Shown in pieces: positions 61,400-64,000 of a stretch of DNA of 64,000 nt. How positions within the stretch are numbered: the stretch's first letter is position 1; every line of letters begins with the position of its first letter. The notes below the pieces were generated by a model that saw only the letters and a list, made by a program, of their open reading frames with translations, was not told the DNA's origin and made no database searches. Source of the DNA: Octopus sinensis (lineage: Eukaryota); NCBI RefSeq assembly GCF_006345805.1, contig NC_043001.1, positions 47,678,001 to 47,742,000 of the forward strand, given 5' to 3'. The position numbers were made by a program, and so were the translations under genes.

Positions 61400-62005
61400 G
61401 CGTCCTCGCTATCACGTGATATTGTCGCTGTTGTGGATGATGAAGGTGGTGATGGTAACGGCATTGTTGATGTTGCTGCTGATGCTGGTGGAAACGTTGT
61501 TGTTGTTGGCGGAGGTAATTGGTGGTGGAACATGTGCTAGTGATGGTGATGGTTGCTGTGTTGTTGTTGGTAGTGATAACGGTGGTAATGATGTTACCGT
61601 TGTTGTTGTGGTGATGGTGGTAGTGGACGCCAGCATCAGTTTCATTGTGACGGTGTTATTGTTGTTGTTGCTGCTGTTATTTTTCTAATACTTGTTGCTG
61701 TCGTCTTTCTTCTTTCTAATTAAATACAAAACAAAATGAATTCGGTCCAGCCTGTTAGTCACGGAAAAATTGACGTTTCAATTGCCAGTAGTAATCTAAT
61801 TAAATTGCATGATTGTTGTTATTATTGTTATTGGTGGTGATGGTGGAGGTGGTGGCGAGGCAGCGGGGGTGGCCGCGGAGGCGGAGTCGAGACGGAGGCG
61901 GAGGCTGGGCGGAGGCGAGGCCGGTGTGGCGGCAGAGGCGATTGCGAAGCAGTGGTGGTGGTGGTGGAGGAGGCGGTGGTGGTGGTGGTGGTGGTGGTGA
62001 AGGTG
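61400..62005. repeat. (GGT/GTT/GGC)n low-complexity tracts
   Basis: Directly visible. Confidence 0.85.
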
Positions 62006-62344
62006 ATCGCGGTGTTGTATATTAGACGTATATGTCAGCCCTAATTGCAGAATTCTTATTATCAAAGGCATTACAATTTTGACCATTATTACCGCTTATT
62101 TTATCTCTCAAGTCATAGATACAATTTGTTCAATTTGCATTTTCGGTGATAAAAAAAGAGAAAAAAAATTGAGAGAGACTTTACTGCTATTTCTTGTATT
62201 CGGAATCAAAACTATCAGGTTGAGCAACTACGAAGCAGGCGCCTTTAGAAGCGAGTTTCATTGGAAGTGAGGCTGTTGCTGTTGTGCCGTCGTCGTCGTT
62301 ATCATTCCAATCAGGGGCCCCGCCATTAGTCACAAAGAATAATC

Positions 62345-62781
62345 TCTAATTCGAGCCTACTCTAAGCTACTAAGAATGCGTGTGGCAACTTGAAGATCCA
62401 CCCACCACACGCGATAGACTGGCGGTTGCACGGGCGCGAAAGCTACGTTGTTATCCTCATTCCGTAAACGGTGGCTTTTAACGGGTGGAGAGCTGAACCA
62501 TCCTGGGGTACAGAGGATTCGCAATCTAGACTAGGGCCTGAAAGTTTACCACACCATATTGGGTTACACCATAGTTCCTCTGCTTTGTGGCAGAAGTATG
62601 AGGAAAGAGTGAGAGAAAGTTGTGGTGAACGAGTACAGTGGGTCCCCCCCCCCACCGGAGCCTCGAGGGGCTTAGGTGTTTTTGCTCAATAAACACTCAC
62701 AATGCCCAGTCTGGGAATCGAAACCGCGTTCTTACGACCGCGAGTCCGCTGCCCTAACCACTGGGCCATTGCGCCTCCACT
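62345..62781 (-). mobile_element. SINE family D (tail type 3)
   Basis: Collinear with 52358-52810. Confidence 0.85.
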
Positions 62782-63149
62782 GCGGCTGTTGTTGCAACTC
62801 TAACCGAAAAGGCTTATGACCAATAAGTATTCCGGTCGAAACTATTCCATCTTGTTGAGTGCTATCCGATTCTACCTTCCTTATTTTAAAATGATGGGAT
62901 TTTACTTGATGGATATTTGACTGTTACTTTTAGCATATCGAGCAACTCTGTAGAGGCTCTATCATAAGTGAGATATGTGCGCGTGCGAACGTGTGTGTGT
63001 GAGAGAGATGTGTGTATGTATATGAGATGTGTATGTGTGAGATATGTGTGTGTCAAGTGTTTTTGTAAGATTTTTTATTTGTTTTCATAATGCTTTTGGT
63101 GGTTGAATCATTTTTCCATCATATATTCAATAATTCGATATATATGTAG

Positions 63150-63310
63150 GCATGGTTGTGTGCATGGTTAAGAAGTTCGCCTCGAACCACGTCGTCTCGG
63201 GTTCAATCCTATTGCTTGGCATCTTAGGTAATTGTCTTCTACCGCGGCCTCGAGCTGGTCAATACATTGTAAGTGAAATTGGTAGGCGAAAATTGTGTGG
63301 AAGCGAGATG
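63150..63310 (+). mobile_element. SINE family B head, diverged
   Basis: tggttaagaagttcgcctcgaaccacg...gggttcaatcc. Confidence 0.65.
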
Positions 63311-63411
63311 TATATGGCACTGCTGAGTAGAAAAATCTGCGAAATATCGATAACTGTCATTTTTGTTCACCTCCGGGGTGGTCTCATTTCGTCGATAAAC
63401 TTAACTGAAGC

Positions 63412-63670
63412 AGTCACGTGATCACATGACCGATCAGGCTATCAGATGTCGTTACAAGTCGCTGGATACAATACAGTTTTGCACTGTAATAGCCTTCAAA
63501 AGACGCCATCCCGATGGCTAGGAGAGCAGGCCAACAATCCCCCCTCCGATCGAAGGAGGACTGGAGCAATGTGAAATGAAGCGTTTTGCTCAAGAACACA
63601 ACGCGCCGACCAGTCAGGGAATCGAACCCACGATCTAGCGATCATAAGTGCAATAGCCTAACCACTAGTA
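63412..63670 (-). mobile_element. Chimeric SINE: family C-type CORE head with family D tail type 2
   Basis: Head gtgttcttgagcaaaacgcttcatttcacattgctccag; tail matches 46833-46950. Confidence 0.65.
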
Positions 63671-64000
63671 TTAAATTAAAATAAGTCATATAGATATCAT
63701 ATTTAATGCATATAAATCGCTGATAGGCTAGTTATTGTGGTATTCATCCCATGATAACATTTCTTAGGGACGAGCTGTGTGAAAAACAATCGTCCTAGCA
63801 ACAGCCAGCGAGGACGCTCGAGGTGTTTCGGTCTTCTTAGGCCTCTTCAATGATTGTTCACCTACAACCACCCAGCCACATACTTGAATGAGAACTCGTC
63901 GCCTCCCTCAGAGCAAGCAGAGCATAAATATTCACTTGTGTTGTGAATGCGTCACTATGATGTTCCCTATTAATCTTTCACAGCGTACTGTATTCAATTC

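Noticed and set aside
61796-62086. His/Ala/Pro-rich ORF resembling a transcription-factor low-complexity region
   Set aside because: It consists only of GGT/GGC repeats, with no folded domain or splice support.
63810-63855. Minus-strand ttgaaga-ggcc taagaa gacc-gaaac...gtc as a hammerhead
   Set aside because: C3 is mutated, stem II is mismatched and no stem I pairing was found; possibly a relic but not supportable.

Overview
AT-rich, microsatellite-saturated eukaryotic DNA with no recognisable host protein-coding gene, rRNA, true tRNA or CRISPR array. Most ORFs in the supplied track are translations of simple repeats. The SINE, LINE and microsatellite content points to a coleoid cephalopod, probably Octopus (inferred from recalled repeat families). 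The window is a transposon graveyard. It holds four tRNA-headed SINE families (about 40 copies or fragments) and decayed LINEs (RTE, R4/Dong-like, CR1, Tx1/L1-like, I/Jockey-like). It also holds a Penelope-like GIY-YIG remnant, mariner, maT/Tc1-like, pogo-type MITE and hAT remnants, a Helitron/Helentron-like cluster at 54.5-57.7 kb, six fold-back elements and a 100-N gap. The main unexplained signal is about ten type I hammerhead-ribozyme-like motifs from several unrelated short non-coding elements. Their stems covary, and three have an intact catalytic core with well-paired stems (31757-31851, 35573-35607, 44559-44666). Several sit in asymmetric inverted-repeat elements docked on (TA)n, the architecture of non-autonomous Penelope/retrozyme-type retroelements. 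A CpG-decay domain at about 1.6-10.6 kb suggests a methylated, possibly gene-body, region. All folds and alignments were done by eye; coordinates of degenerate repeats are approximate.
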